DNA from: an uncultured archaeon
Lineage (GTDB): Archaea > Nanohalarchaeota > Nanosalinia > Nanosalinales > Nanoanaerosalinaceae
Assembly (NCBI GenBank): GCA_964517675.1
Contig: CAZFEL010000001.1
Coordinates: 9,339-73,338 of the forward strand
Length of the DNA stretch: 64,000 nt
Direction of reading: 5' to 3'
Below are positions 43,324 through 52,046 of this stretch, piece by piece (positions within the stretch are counted from its first letter, which is position 1; each line of letters begins with the position of its first letter). The translations under genes and the position numbers were made by a program. The notes beneath the pieces are model-generated. The model had not been told where the DNA came from and did no database searches. It worked only from the letters and a program-made list of their open reading frames with translations.

Positions 43324-43414
43324 CACACTGGAGGTTCTCGTGACCCGACAGTGCCTGCTTGGAATCAAACTTTGCACCGCAGTACTGGCACGCGAACGTC
43401 TCGGGACCGGTCAT
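43310..43414 (-). CDS. small C2H2/C2HC zinc-finger protein (34 aa)
   Basis: Translation MTGPETFACQYCGAKFDSKQALSGHENLQCDARG (C-x2-C-x12-H-x5-C). Below the ORF-track cutoff. Confidence 0.4.
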   Translation of the reverse strand: MTGPETFACQYCGAKFDSKQALSGHENLQCDARG

Positions 43415-43497
43415 GGCTGGGTATGCTCGCTCCCGGTTTATATTTCTGCAGGGGGTCGTCCCGCCGTTATTTGAATCTGGGCCCGCACAGTGACGTC

Positions 43498-44238
43498 ATG
43501 GCCTGGCGAACCATCCCGTTCCGGCGGTACGATCCCTACCGCAAGACCGGTCTCAACGATGCCGCGCTCCAGTCAGCGGCCGAGGGAGACGCAATCTTCT
43601 GGCTGTCGGGCTGGGACCGCACCTGCATCAACGTCGGTCGGAGCCAGCGTGTCAGGGACGAGGTCGATATCGAGGCCGCCCGAGACGATGCGATCCCGAT
43701 CATCCGGCGACAGGGCGGCGGGGGTGCGATGTACCTGACACCGGACGGCGAGATCACCTGGGGACTCACAGCACCTGCAACAGCATTCCCGGACGGTCTA
43801 GAGGACATCTACGCGGAAGTCTGTGGCCAAGTCGTTGACGCCCTCGCCGATCTCGGCATCAAGGCCCACCACGAACCCATCAACGACGTCATCACCCCAC
43901 AGGGGAAAATCTCCGGAGCAACCGCCAGACGCGGGGACGGTGCAGTCTATGTCGGAGGCACGTTGCTGTACGAGATCGATCCGGACGAGGCCTTCCGGTA
44001 CCTCACCCCCGAAAGAGACAAGGGACAGCACCGGGAGACCGACCTAGAGGGCCGCATAACAAGCATATCCGCACGCAGCGATGCCACACGTGATGAAGTT
44101 GTGGCCGCGGTCCGGGAGGCCTTCCTCCATGACCGGCAGACAGAGGAAAGAGACTGGACCGACGAAGAGCTGGCCTACGCAGACAAGCGGGCGGAAACCT
44201 ATAGAAGCGAGGAATGGCTATTCATGCACGAGGACTGA
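43498..44238 (+). CDS. BPL/LPL-family lipoate-protein ligase / octanoyltransferase paralog
   Basis: RRQGGGGAMY ... HEPINDVI ... KISGATARR parallel the lplA motifs. 246 aa from ATG 43498. Confidence 0.8.
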   Translation: MAWRTIPFRRYDPYRKTGLNDAALQSAAEGDAIFWLSGWDRTCINVGRSQRVRDEVDIEAARDDAIPIIRRQGGGGAMYLTPDGEITWGLTAPATAFPDGLEDIYAEVCGQVVDALADLGIKAHHEPINDVITPQGKISGATARRGDGAVYVGGTLLYEIDPDEAFRYLTPERDKGQHRETDLEGRITSISARSDATRDEVVAAVREAFLHDRQTEERDWTDEELAYADKRAETYRSEEWLFMHED

Positions 44239-44240
44239 CG

Positions 44241-44972
44241 ATGGAACTCGCATACACCAGAGAGCGAGGCACCGGGACACCGGTGCTATACATCCACGGC
44301 TGGCTCGGTGACAGGGACTCATGGAAACCTGTTGACAGGCAGACGTCGTTCCCTAACACGCGGGTCTTTCCCGACCAGCGATGTCACGGCCGCAGCCGCT
44401 GTGAGCCGTTCGGCCTTGCGGACCTGCGGACGGACCTGGAGGAGCTGGTCCAGCGCCTCGAGCTCGAGGACCCGGTACTGGCAGGGCATTCGCTGGGCGG
44501 GATGGTCGCAGTCACCTATGCCATCGAGAACCCTGTAAGCGGCATCTTCCTCGTTGGAACGCCTCCAAGCACCCCTGAACCAGCAGGGAAGGGTCCACAG
44601 CATTTCCTGGAGCGGCTCGGGACAATGGAACGTGAGGAATGGAGCGAGGGCGTCGTCGAAAACTACGCACCACAGAACAAAAACGACCGCCGGACCGTGA
44701 AGCGAGAGCTGATCGAGGCAGACGAGACCGTTCTCAGGTCCGGGCTCGAGGCGATGCTCGAGTACGATGTCCGGGACCGACTCGAGGAGATCGACGCGCC
44801 CGCCTTCATCGTCTCCGGACAGGATGACGGCGCCATCATGCCGGAACAGGGACAGGAGCTGGCCGATGGGCTGGGCTGTGAGCACGAGGTCATCGAAGCG
44901 TCACACCTCATGCACAGGGAACGGCCCCGGCGACTCGCCAATCTGTTCGATACGTTCATGGACGGGATATAA
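44241..44972 (+). CDS. alpha/beta-fold hydrolase
   Basis: GHSLGG nucleophile elbow, HGW oxyanion region, and C-terminal His. Alternative start at 44214. Confidence 0.75.
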   Translation: MELAYTRERGTGTPVLYIHGWLGDRDSWKPVDRQTSFPNTRVFPDQRCHGRSRCEPFGLADLRTDLEELVQRLELEDPVLAGHSLGGMVAVTYAIENPVSGIFLVGTPPSTPEPAGKGPQHFLERLGTMEREEWSEGVVENYAPQNKNDRRTVKRELIEADETVLRSGLEAMLEYDVRDRLEEIDAPAFIVSGQDDGAIMPEQGQELADGLGCEHEVIEASHLMHRERPRRLANLFDTFMDGI

Positions 44973-44973
44973 C

Positions 44974-45720
44974 ATGCAGCAGTACCACGTCACCGTCGAG
45001 GAACCGATCGACATCATTGCATCAGTCTATGAGACGAAACAGCGTGCCGATGAGAGCGATGAGCCTGTCGAGGTCGTCCTCGAGCACCAGGAAGAGCCTA
45101 ACGTCGTCAGGGGTTACGGCGAGGCACTCGTGTACCCCGACACCGGCGAACACATCCCGGATCCCGAGGAAGCAGGTATCGTCCGGCGTCCCGACGGCGG
45201 CCTCTCGTGGTACCACAGCGAGACGGGCTGTTACATGCGGGCCACCCCAGGATCGAGTGACATCGCCGCGATCGAGGAAGACCGCGTGGACTGGATGGAC
45301 GAGATCACCGGACTCCTCCAGGACGTGACAGACAATGACCTCGATGACGACGGCATGGATATCTACACCAGCGATGACAGCCAGATAGCCGGCGTCTCAT
45401 CCGACCACAGAGACCTCAGTGACGAAGAGATAGGATACAGCGGCGAAGCGGATCTTCAGCGTGCCTGCTGGTACGACAGCGATCCAGCCGACGAGGACCT
45501 CGAGCGTCTCCTGGAACGCGACGGTATCGACCCCCAGCAGTTCTACCACAGCATCACTGTACCGGAGCAGAGCCTCCTCGATCACCTCGAAGAGCAGACC
45601 GAGCCCACCTACATCAGCTCAGGCGATTTCGTCTCCACCGAGAGCAGGGAGATGGCAGAACGACTGCAGGACAGAGACAGCCTCCACATCACAGGAAGCT
45701 GTGTCCTGTCCGATTACTAG
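44974..45720 (+). CDS. hypothetical acidic protein
   Basis: 248 aa from ATG 44974, immediately after the hydrolase stop. Confidence 0.45.
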   Translation: MQQYHVTVEEPIDIIASVYETKQRADESDEPVEVVLEHQEEPNVVRGYGEALVYPDTGEHIPDPEEAGIVRRPDGGLSWYHSETGCYMRATPGSSDIAAIEEDRVDWMDEITGLLQDVTDNDLDDDGMDIYTSDDSQIAGVSSDHRDLSDEEIGYSGEADLQRACWYDSDPADEDLERLLERDGIDPQQFYHSITVPEQSLLDHLEEQTEPTYISSGDFVSTESREMAERLQDRDSLHITGSCVLSDY

Positions 45721-46724
45721 ATGATCAGTGACGTCACACCAACGGTCTCGAAGACCATCAGGAGGATGAAAAGCGCATAGATGCCGAGCAATGCGTAGGC
45801 CTCCCTGTCGGTGATCTCGAGGCCCGTCCGCATGAACGTGAAAAGCGCCACCGTCGCCAGTGTCAGGATACCCATCATCGGGGCCGCCCGACCGTAGTTG
45901 ACCGCCGTCGCCCCCGCAATCAGCACACCGATCGGGACCGCCACCAGCAGGTCGAAGATGTTGCTTCCGAGGACATTGGCCACACTCGTGCTCGCATTGC
46001 CCCGACGGGCGGCCTTGACACTGATGAACGCATCCGGCAGACTCGTTCCCGCGGCCACGACCGTCAGCCCCCAGAGGAACGACGGCACACCGAGAACCGC
46101 CTCCAGCCCGAGGGCGGCCCGGACGAGCCCCTCGACACCGACTGCGATCACGATCAGACTGGCCACGAGCAGGACCCAGTCCTCCCGGATGCTGTCTTTC
46201 TCGACCTCCGGTGCATCATAGTCCATCGTGTCCTGGTACTGGATGAAGATGTACAGCAGGTACAGTGCGACCGGTATAAGTGCGATCGGACGTGTCAGAT
46301 GGCCGATGAGCCGGTCACCAGGGATCGGGTTGTAGATGACCGCGAACGAAAGCGTCAGCAGCAAACCAGCGACCGAGACCATGTAGAACTGTGCCTCCTT
46401 GTAGACCAGATCGCGATTGCTCTGGAGCCGCCCGTCACTGGACAGGGCGGACAGCCCAGGGATGACGAGGATGTTGAAGATCGCCGACCCCGTGATCGCG
46501 GCAACACCAAGATCGAACTCACCGTGGAGCAGGGTCGACAGCACCGTCGTGGACAGCTCCGGGAAGCTCGACCCGACTGCCGCGATGATAGCTCCCTGCA
46601 CGATCGCCGGCAGCTCATAGTAGGCAGCGAGCTCGCCGCTGGTCTCCTCAAGGACATCGCTTCCCTTCCAGATGACGATGGTCGCGACCGCGGCGAGAGC
46701 CATATAGCCCAGAACCGGTAGCAT
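45717..46724 (-). CDS. Ca2+/cation antiporter (CaCA family sodium/calcium exchanger)
   Basis: Two alpha-repeat motifs (GSSFPELSTTV ... ; GTSLPDAFISV) and about 10 TM helices. ATG 46724. Confidence 0.85.
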   Translation of the reverse strand: MLPVLGYMALAAVATIVIWKGSDVLEETSGELAAYYELPAIVQGAIIAAVGSSFPELSTTVLSTLLHGEFDLGVAAITGSAIFNILVIPGLSALSSDGRLQSNRDLVYKEAQFYMVSVAGLLLTLSFAVIYNPIPGDRLIGHLTRPIALIPVALYLLYIFIQYQDTMDYDAPEVEKDSIREDWVLLVASLIVIAVGVEGLVRAALGLEAVLGVPSFLWGLTVVAAGTSLPDAFISVKAARRGNASTSVANVLGSNIFDLLVAVPIGVLIAGATAVNYGRAAPMMGILTLATVALFTFMRTGLEITDREAYALLGIYALFILLMVFETVGVTSLII

Positions 46725-46807
46725 GTGCGTGGCTTGGCGGCTTTCGTTTAAAATCCTGCCGGTCCAGGACCGGAAGCTATTAACCGGACGCGGTCCAACG
46801 TTGGCCC

Positions 46808-47512
46808 ATGACCCACGATGCCGTGGTGATGGACCTCGACGATACCCTGTACGCATACCATCCGTGCAACGAGGCAGGCAAGCAGGCCGCCCATAGGCGG
46901 GCCCAGGAGCTCGGCTATGATCTCGGCCGGGAGGCCTTCCAGGACCTCTACCAGCGGGGCCGGGAGGCCGTCAAACAGGACATCGACTGCACAGGGTCAA
47001 GCCACCAGCGGTACCTCTACATCAAGCGCGCCCTCGAGCTCCATACCGGCACAGTCCAGGCATCCGATGCACTCGAGATCGGTGATGCGTTCTGGGAGGC
47101 CTACATGGACGAGATAGAGCTTTTCCCAGGTGTCATCGAGACCCTCGAGTGGTTCATGGAAGCGGGAGTGAAGACAGCGATAGCGACGGACCTGACAACG
47201 CGGACACAGCTCAGGAAGATCGAACAGCTTGGTATCGAGGACCATATCGATGTCCTCGTGACATCGGAGGAGATCGGCCGTGACAAGCCGGCAACTGCCG
47301 TATTCGCCGTGCCGCTGGCACGGCTAGGCGCCACGCCTGAGGAGACTGTGATGATCGGGGACTCGCTTGAATCCGACATCCGAGGCGGTAACAGCCTCGA
47401 TATGACAACAGTACTTTTCAACAGCGACGATGAGCCACAAGGACAGGCAGAGCGACCCGACCACAGGATCAGGTCCTTCGATGCGCTCCACGACATCATC
47501 ACGGGTGACTGA
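46808..47512 (+). CDS. HAD-superfamily hydrolase
   Basis: DLDDTL motif I and the downstream HAD motifs. Confidence 0.8.
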   Translation: MTHDAVVMDLDDTLYAYHPCNEAGKQAAHRRAQELGYDLGREAFQDLYQRGREAVKQDIDCTGSSHQRYLYIKRALELHTGTVQASDALEIGDAFWEAYMDEIELFPGVIETLEWFMEAGVKTAIATDLTTRTQLRKIEQLGIEDHIDVLVTSEEIGRDKPATAVFAVPLARLGATPEETVMIGDSLESDIRGGNSLDMTTVLFNSDDEPQGQAERPDHRIRSFDALHDIITGD

Positions 47513-47514
47513 TC

Positions 47515-48144
47515 GTGATGCTAGAAGAACAACGGAAGGAGGTACTCGAGCACGCACCAGACCTCGCTGATATGACACCGGCACGGACAGGTAACCTCTC
47601 GGTCAGGGACGGCGACAGGTTCGCCGTGACACCGACGGGTGTCGCCTACGATGACTTCGACCTCGATGACGTCCCCGTGGTCGATATGGACGGCGACCAC
47701 ATCGCCGGGGAGATGGAACCGACCAGCGAGGTCCCGATGCATACCGGCATCTACCGGCAGCGGGACGCGGGAGCAATCGTGCACACCCACTCGACGTGGG
47801 CGACGACGATGGCGGTGCTGCATGAACCACTCCCACCGATCCATTACATGATCACGACCTCGGGCAAGGAGATCCCTGTCGCGGAGTACGCGACATACGG
47901 CACGCGGGAGCTTGCAGACAACGTTGTCGCCGCTTTGGAGGAAAGCGCCTCGCGCTCCTGCTTCATCGCGAACCACGGCCTGGTCGTGATGGCGGATGAC
48001 ATCGAGACGGCCATCGAGAACGCGGTCCACATCGAGAACCTCTCGAAGATCTACCTCAACGCCAGACAGGTCGGTGAACCCAAGGAGCTGCCGGACGAGA
48101 AGCTGGATGCGGTCATCGAGAAGTTCAGGGACTACGGCCAGTGA
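47515..48144 (+). CDS. class II aldolase/adducin-family protein (fuculose-phosphate aldolase-like)
   Basis: GNLSVR ... HTHS ... ANHG motifs. Confidence 0.85.
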   Translation: MMLEEQRKEVLEHAPDLADMTPARTGNLSVRDGDRFAVTPTGVAYDDFDLDDVPVVDMDGDHIAGEMEPTSEVPMHTGIYRQRDAGAIVHTHSTWATTMAVLHEPLPPIHYMITTSGKEIPVAEYATYGTRELADNVVAALEESASRSCFIANHGLVVMADDIETAIENAVHIENLSKIYLNARQVGEPKELPDEKLDAVIEKFRDYGQ

Positions 48145-48243
48145 CATCCGCAGTTTTAAAACTGGCACACGTATTGGGCGATTGCCAGTCCATGGTCGGT
48201 TCGCCATGCGAACCGTCCGGCGCTGTCGACTGGCGCGCCAGTC

Positions 48244-48385
48244 GCGGGGGTAGCCAAGTGGCCAAAGGCGCAGGGCTTAGGTTCCCGGCTCCTTATCCGA
48301 GGAGGCGGGTTGAGAAGATCTCTGATCTTCGAACGAAGATACCCTGTCCCTCAGGGGTTCGCAGGTTCGAATCCTGTCCCCCGCA
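48244..48385 (+). tRNA. tRNA-Leu (anticodon TAG) with a putative 59-nt intron after position 37
   Basis: Exon 1 (48244-48281: acceptor, D-arm, CAGGG-CTTAGG) and exon 2 (48341-48385: A-CCCTG, long variable arm, T-arm, acceptor CCCCCGC-A) assemble into a perfect type-II cloverleaf. The intervening 59 nt contain two hairpins. Confidence 0.6.
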
Positions 48386-48445
48386 TTTCACCTTCGTTCA
48401 GTGCTTCCGCCAGTATTCGGCACCCGAGAAAGCCTGCTTTCGACG

Positions 48446-48466
48446 GTCGAATCCTGTCCCCACGCA
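48446..48466 (+). repeat. partial copy of the tRNA-Leu(TAG) 3' end
   Basis: GGTCGAATCCTGTCCCCACGCA versus tRNA GGTTCGAATCCTGTCCCCCGCA. About 60 nt downstream of the tRNA. Confidence 0.7.
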
Positions 48467-48494
48467 TTCTTCCTTTCCTCAGAACCGACCACGA

Positions 48495-49025
48495 TCACGC
48501 CTGGTCCCCGTTGACAGTCCCGTAGTAGATCAGGTCGACATAGCTCCCGTCAAGATAGGCGTGATCGCGGAACCGTCCTTCCTGCTCGAAGCCGACCTTC
48601 TCGAACAGACGCTGTGAAGCCTCGTTGCCCTCGTGGGCCCGGGCGTACAGCTTGTGGTAGTTGAGCTGGTCGAAGGCATACGTGACGAACAGCTCCATCG
48701 CCTCGGTCCCATATCCTTCCCCGTGGTACTCCGGGTGGATCCAGATCCCGAGGCGCCCGATCCGCTCTGGTTCATTTTCCTGTGGCTCGAGGCCCACGAC
48801 ACCCATCGGGTCGCCGTTTTCACAGATGAGAAGCTGGACAGAATCACCGCTACAGATCACCTCCTCGAAGAACTGCCGCTCGTCCTCGAGGTTCTTCGGC
48901 TCGGGGTTGCCCACGTCCACGCGGACATCAGGATGGTTGATCCCGTCGCGGAGGAACGGGACATCATCCTCCTCGATCGTGCACAGCTCGATGCGGTCGC
49001 CGTCGATGAACGTCGCTCCAGGCAT
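48495..49025 (-). CDS. GNAT family N-acetyltransferase (RimL-like)
   Basis: WIHPEYHGEGYGTEA acetyl-CoA-binding motif. Confidence 0.8.
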   Translation of the reverse strand: MPGATFIDGDRIELCTIEEDDVPFLRDGINHPDVRVDVGNPEPKNLEDERQFFEEVICSGDSVQLLICENGDPMGVVGLEPQENEPERIGRLGIWIHPEYHGEGYGTEAMELFVTYAFDQLNYHKLYARAHEGNEASQRLFEKVGFEQEGRFRDHAYLDGSYVDLIYYGTVNGDQA

Positions 49026-49073
49026 GGGGCAGGATTGTCAGAACACAGCCTTAAATCTGGTCCCGCACCAGCC

Positions 49074-49667
49074 TCAGCCAGGCAGCATGATGTTGATGGC
49101 CGCCACGACCAGTCCTGCAAGACCCATCCTGACACCGGCGATGTACCACGTCCGGCCCGATATGTTACCCATGTACGCTCCAAAGATGAACAGGTTCCCG
49201 ACACCGATCAGGACCGACAGGATCGTCGCCGTCAGCATCGATATGAACACATCGACGAACAGGAACGGCACGACCGGTGACATGATCCCTATGATCGGGC
49301 CGATGCCACTCATGATGGCATTGATGACACGGGCCTCCCGCATCTGGGTCATCAGCTCGGAATCGGTCAGGTCACGGAGCATCGCATCCTCCTTGTCGTG
49401 GAGCTCAGCGAGCTTCTCGGCCTTCTCGATCTCCCAGACCGACCAGACACCGGAGGTGGCGAGCCCGACAGCAGCACCCACACCGACCTTGAACACCGTC
49501 AGCCCGCCCTCGACACCTGAGAGAAAGGATCCTACAGTGATACCGATGCTCGTCAGCGTTCCATCGAAGCCGTTCGAGATGAAATACCGGCGGGAGATCG
49601 ACTTGACGTCCTCCTGCCGCATCACGTCCATGTACTCCCCGAACCGCTTCCTGATGGTCCCCAGCAT
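49074..49667 (-). CDS. VIT1/CCC1-family iron/manganese transporter
   Basis: DGTLTSIGITVG ... and five TM helices typical of DUF125/VIT. Confidence 0.75.
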   Translation of the reverse strand: MLGTIRKRFGEYMDVMRQEDVKSISRRYFISNGFDGTLTSIGITVGSFLSGVEGGLTVFKVGVGAAVGLATSGVWSVWEIEKAEKLAELHDKEDAMLRDLTDSELMTQMREARVINAIMSGIGPIIGIMSPVVPFLFVDVFISMLTATILSVLIGVGNLFIFGAYMGNISGRTWYIAGVRMGLAGLVVAAINIMLPG

Positions 49668-49670
49668 GAT

Positions 49671-50021
49671 CTAGACCTCCAGGCGTTCACCCGGCCCGGG
49701 CGTGTAACCATCGTCCTCCTCCATGTAGATCGTCCTGTAGATGAGATACGACAGCGCCGATCCTGCAAGGAGTATCCCTGCATACGCCACAGGCTCTGCC
49801 TGCAGCAGCGGAACATCGTAGATGCCAGAATGAGTCACCGCGACCACTGCGACCGACAGGAAAAGCGGGAACACCGTCACGATCGCCTGGATCGGGGAGA
49901 TGACGTACCGCTGTGCTATCCCCGGTCCTACCGGATCGCTGAAGGTCTCGGCCATCTCATTGACGTCCTCGGCCACCTCCGTGATATCCTCCTCGTCGGT
50001 CATCGTCTCACACTGGGCCAC
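49671..50021 (-). CDS. small membrane protein (hypothetical)
   Basis: Acidic N-terminus followed by two TM helices. 4 nt from the VIT gene. Confidence 0.4.
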   Translation of the reverse strand: MAQCETMTDEEDITEVAEDVNEMAETFSDPVGPGIAQRYVISPIQAIVTVFPLFLSVAVVAVTHSGIYDVPLLQAEPVAYAGILLAGSALSYLIYRTIYMEEDDGYTPGPGERLEV

Positions 50022-50044
50022 GGGCCTTAATCATGTTTGCCCTA

Positions 50045-50347
50045 TCAGGCCTGCGGTTCGACAATCTCGAACTCCTGACCCTGCTCCATCTCCATCCGTT
50101 CACGGCACCGCGGGCACCGCGGATCATCACGATATGCCTGCTGTCGGATGCTCCGACGGTAGCCACAGCCACAGGCAAAGACAGGCTCCACCGTCTCGAC
50201 CTCCACGGCCGTGTCCTCGAAATAGGTCCCTCGAGAGAACCGCTCAAAGATCCGACAGAACGTCTCCGGATCTGCCCGGGCCTCCCCGAGACGGAACCGG
50301 ACGTGGCCGTTACAATCACGCCTTCTGAGCTCCTCAAGAGCCTGCAT
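50045..50347 (-). CDS. HypA-like zinc-ribbon protein (putative metallochaperone-type)
   Basis: About 100 aa from ATG 50347. Paired Cys motifs CGC ... CPRC at the C-terminus and an overall HypA-like layout. Confidence 0.45.
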   Translation of the reverse strand: MQALEELRRRDCNGHVRFRLGEARADPETFCRIFERFSRGTYFEDTAVEVETVEPVFACGCGYRRSIRQQAYRDDPRCPRCRERMEMEQGQEFEIVEPQA

Positions 50348-50423
50348 CGCAAGATCAGCTTCCTTCGTTGTCACCACAGTTCCGTACACCAGAACGTATA
50401 CCCGCACCGCCCATCCCAGCTTT

Positions 50424-50780
50424 TTAACCTTTGTCCCTGACCCTGAAACACTGCGTCGAGACCTCCAGGACCTGCTGGTAGGTCGTGAACGTGCCCTCGA
50501 CAGCCACTCGCTCCCCAACGGAGACGTTCTCGCGGCGGTTGAAAAGCGAGCAGTACACCAGGAGGCGGCCATCGTCACCGCCAAGGGCGAACCGGAGGTA
50601 CCTGATCCCGGAACGGTTCGAAAAGCCTATCACCTCCGTTACATTGCCCTCCACGAGCACCTCCTGTCCCGTCGGTCGCTGCTCGAGTGCTTCATCGACC
50701 GTGTACCTGTCGTACCGCGTCCGTGCATCACCGAAGACGCCAGCAACCACCACGATCGATGCGAAAACGACGACAAGCAT
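50424..50780 (-). CDS. membrane-anchored OB-fold-like protein (hypothetical)
   Basis: TM helix then a beta-rich domain. Start moved to ATG 50780 to avoid overlap with the upstream gene. Confidence 0.45.
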   Translation of the reverse strand: MLVVVFASIVVVAGVFGDARTRYDRYTVDEALEQRPTGQEVLVEGNVTEVIGFSNRSGIRYLRFALGGDDGRLLVYCSLFNRRENVSVGERVAVEGTFTTYQQVLEVSTQCFRVRDKG

Positions 50781-50788
50781 CCCGAACC

Positions 50789-51220
50789 TCACCGTCTCCT
50801 CATCCACCCCAGCCACCTCCAGCGACACCGCCACAGCCAGGCCATCGCGAGCGAGGCCGCACCAACGCCCAGATTACTCGGAAGCGAGGCCGCCGTCGTC
50901 AGCGTCAGGGAAAGCTCCGTCCGCAGCGGGTACAGCCACATGATCCCCGACGGCGTCAGCGTGTCCAGGGCCAGGTGGGAGAGCCAGCCCGCCGCGACAG
51001 CATAGGCAGAGGCCCTCCTGTCCGTCAGCCCGAAGACGATCACACCGACGACAGCAGCCGCGACCGGCGTGTGCAGGATACCCCGGTGGACGAACGGGAA
51101 CGAGAAATTGAACAAGGCATCCGTATCCGGTAGCAGGGCAGCGATCGTCCCCGTCACCACCGGCAGCCGCCCGATATAACACAGCGCAAAGGCAAACAGC
51201 ACATGGGCCGTCCCGTACAT
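50789..51220 (-). CDS. membrane-bound metal-dependent hydrolase (YdjM/DUF457-like)
   Basis: Conserved His residues in TM-embedded motifs (HRGILHTP; SHLALDTLTPSG). Confidence 0.5.
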   Translation of the reverse strand: MYGTAHVLFAFALCYIGRLPVVTGTIAALLPDTDALFNFSFPFVHRGILHTPVAAAVVGVIVFGLTDRRASAYAVAAGWLSHLALDTLTPSGIMWLYPLRTELSLTLTTAASLPSNLGVGAASLAMAWLWRCRWRWLGWMRRR

Positions 51221-51287
51221 GGGTCGACGGTTCGGTCCAGAGCCCTATAACCGGGTCGGCCGATTCCAGACAGCCCCAGGGGTGGAA

Positions 51288-51962
51288 CTAGTCTAGCTCC
51301 TTGACGACCTCAGTCCCGGAATGGGTGTGATCCAGCGTCCGGAGCAGCTCCCCGTCCTCGAGCCCGTTGACGATGACCGTCCGGATCGTCGACCGGTCCA
51401 GGATCTTACACGCCGTCAGGTCCATCAGGGCATAGCTCCCGGCCGCGACCTCCTTCTGGGCGACCATGTCAAGCAGCTGGGAGTAGCTGATCTGCTCGTA
51501 CTTCTCAGCATCGCCCTCGTCGGGGTCGCTATCATAGATGCCGTCCACGTCGGTCATGTTGACCATCATGTCGGCCTCGATCAGCTCCGCAGCAAGTGCC
51601 GCAACAGCATCGGTCGAGTGACCCGGCTCCGTGCCGCCCATCACGATGAAATCGGAGTACTCCACCGCCTCAACGACAGAATCCAGCGTCGTCGGGATCG
51701 TCGGGTGCGCATCATCGAAGTACGTCTTCAGCACCGAGGCGTTCAGCCGCGTGGCCTGGATACCGACCAGGTCAAGTTCCGCCTGCGAGGCCTTCTGCGA
51801 TGAGGCCGTGATGTGGGACTTCAGCGATCCAGCACCTACCACGATGATGAGCTTGTCCACCTGGTCCTTGAACTCCCGTATCTCGTTTACCTTGTCCTCG
51901 AGATCGTCGAGGACCTCCGTGAAGACGGAGCCACCGAGCGAGACAACAACGTTCGTTCCCAT
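51288..51962 (-). CDS. pyrH: UMP kinase
   Basis: VVSLGGSV ... VVGAGS ... archaeal uridylate kinase motifs. Confidence 0.9.
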   Translation of the reverse strand: MGTNVVVSLGGSVFTEVLDDLEDKVNEIREFKDQVDKLIIVVGAGSLKSHITASSQKASQAELDLVGIQATRLNASVLKTYFDDAHPTIPTTLDSVVEAVEYSDFIVMGGTEPGHSTDAVAALAAELIEADMMVNMTDVDGIYDSDPDEGDAEKYEQISYSQLLDMVAQKEVAAGSYALMDLTACKILDRSTIRTVIVNGLEDGELLRTLDHTHSGTEVVKELD

Positions 51963-52046
51963 CTATGACACCACATCGGGGGTACCGATCAAGCTCCTGT
52001 CAGAAACCATCAACGACTGCCCGTCCGGACGTTAAATAGGTTCCGG

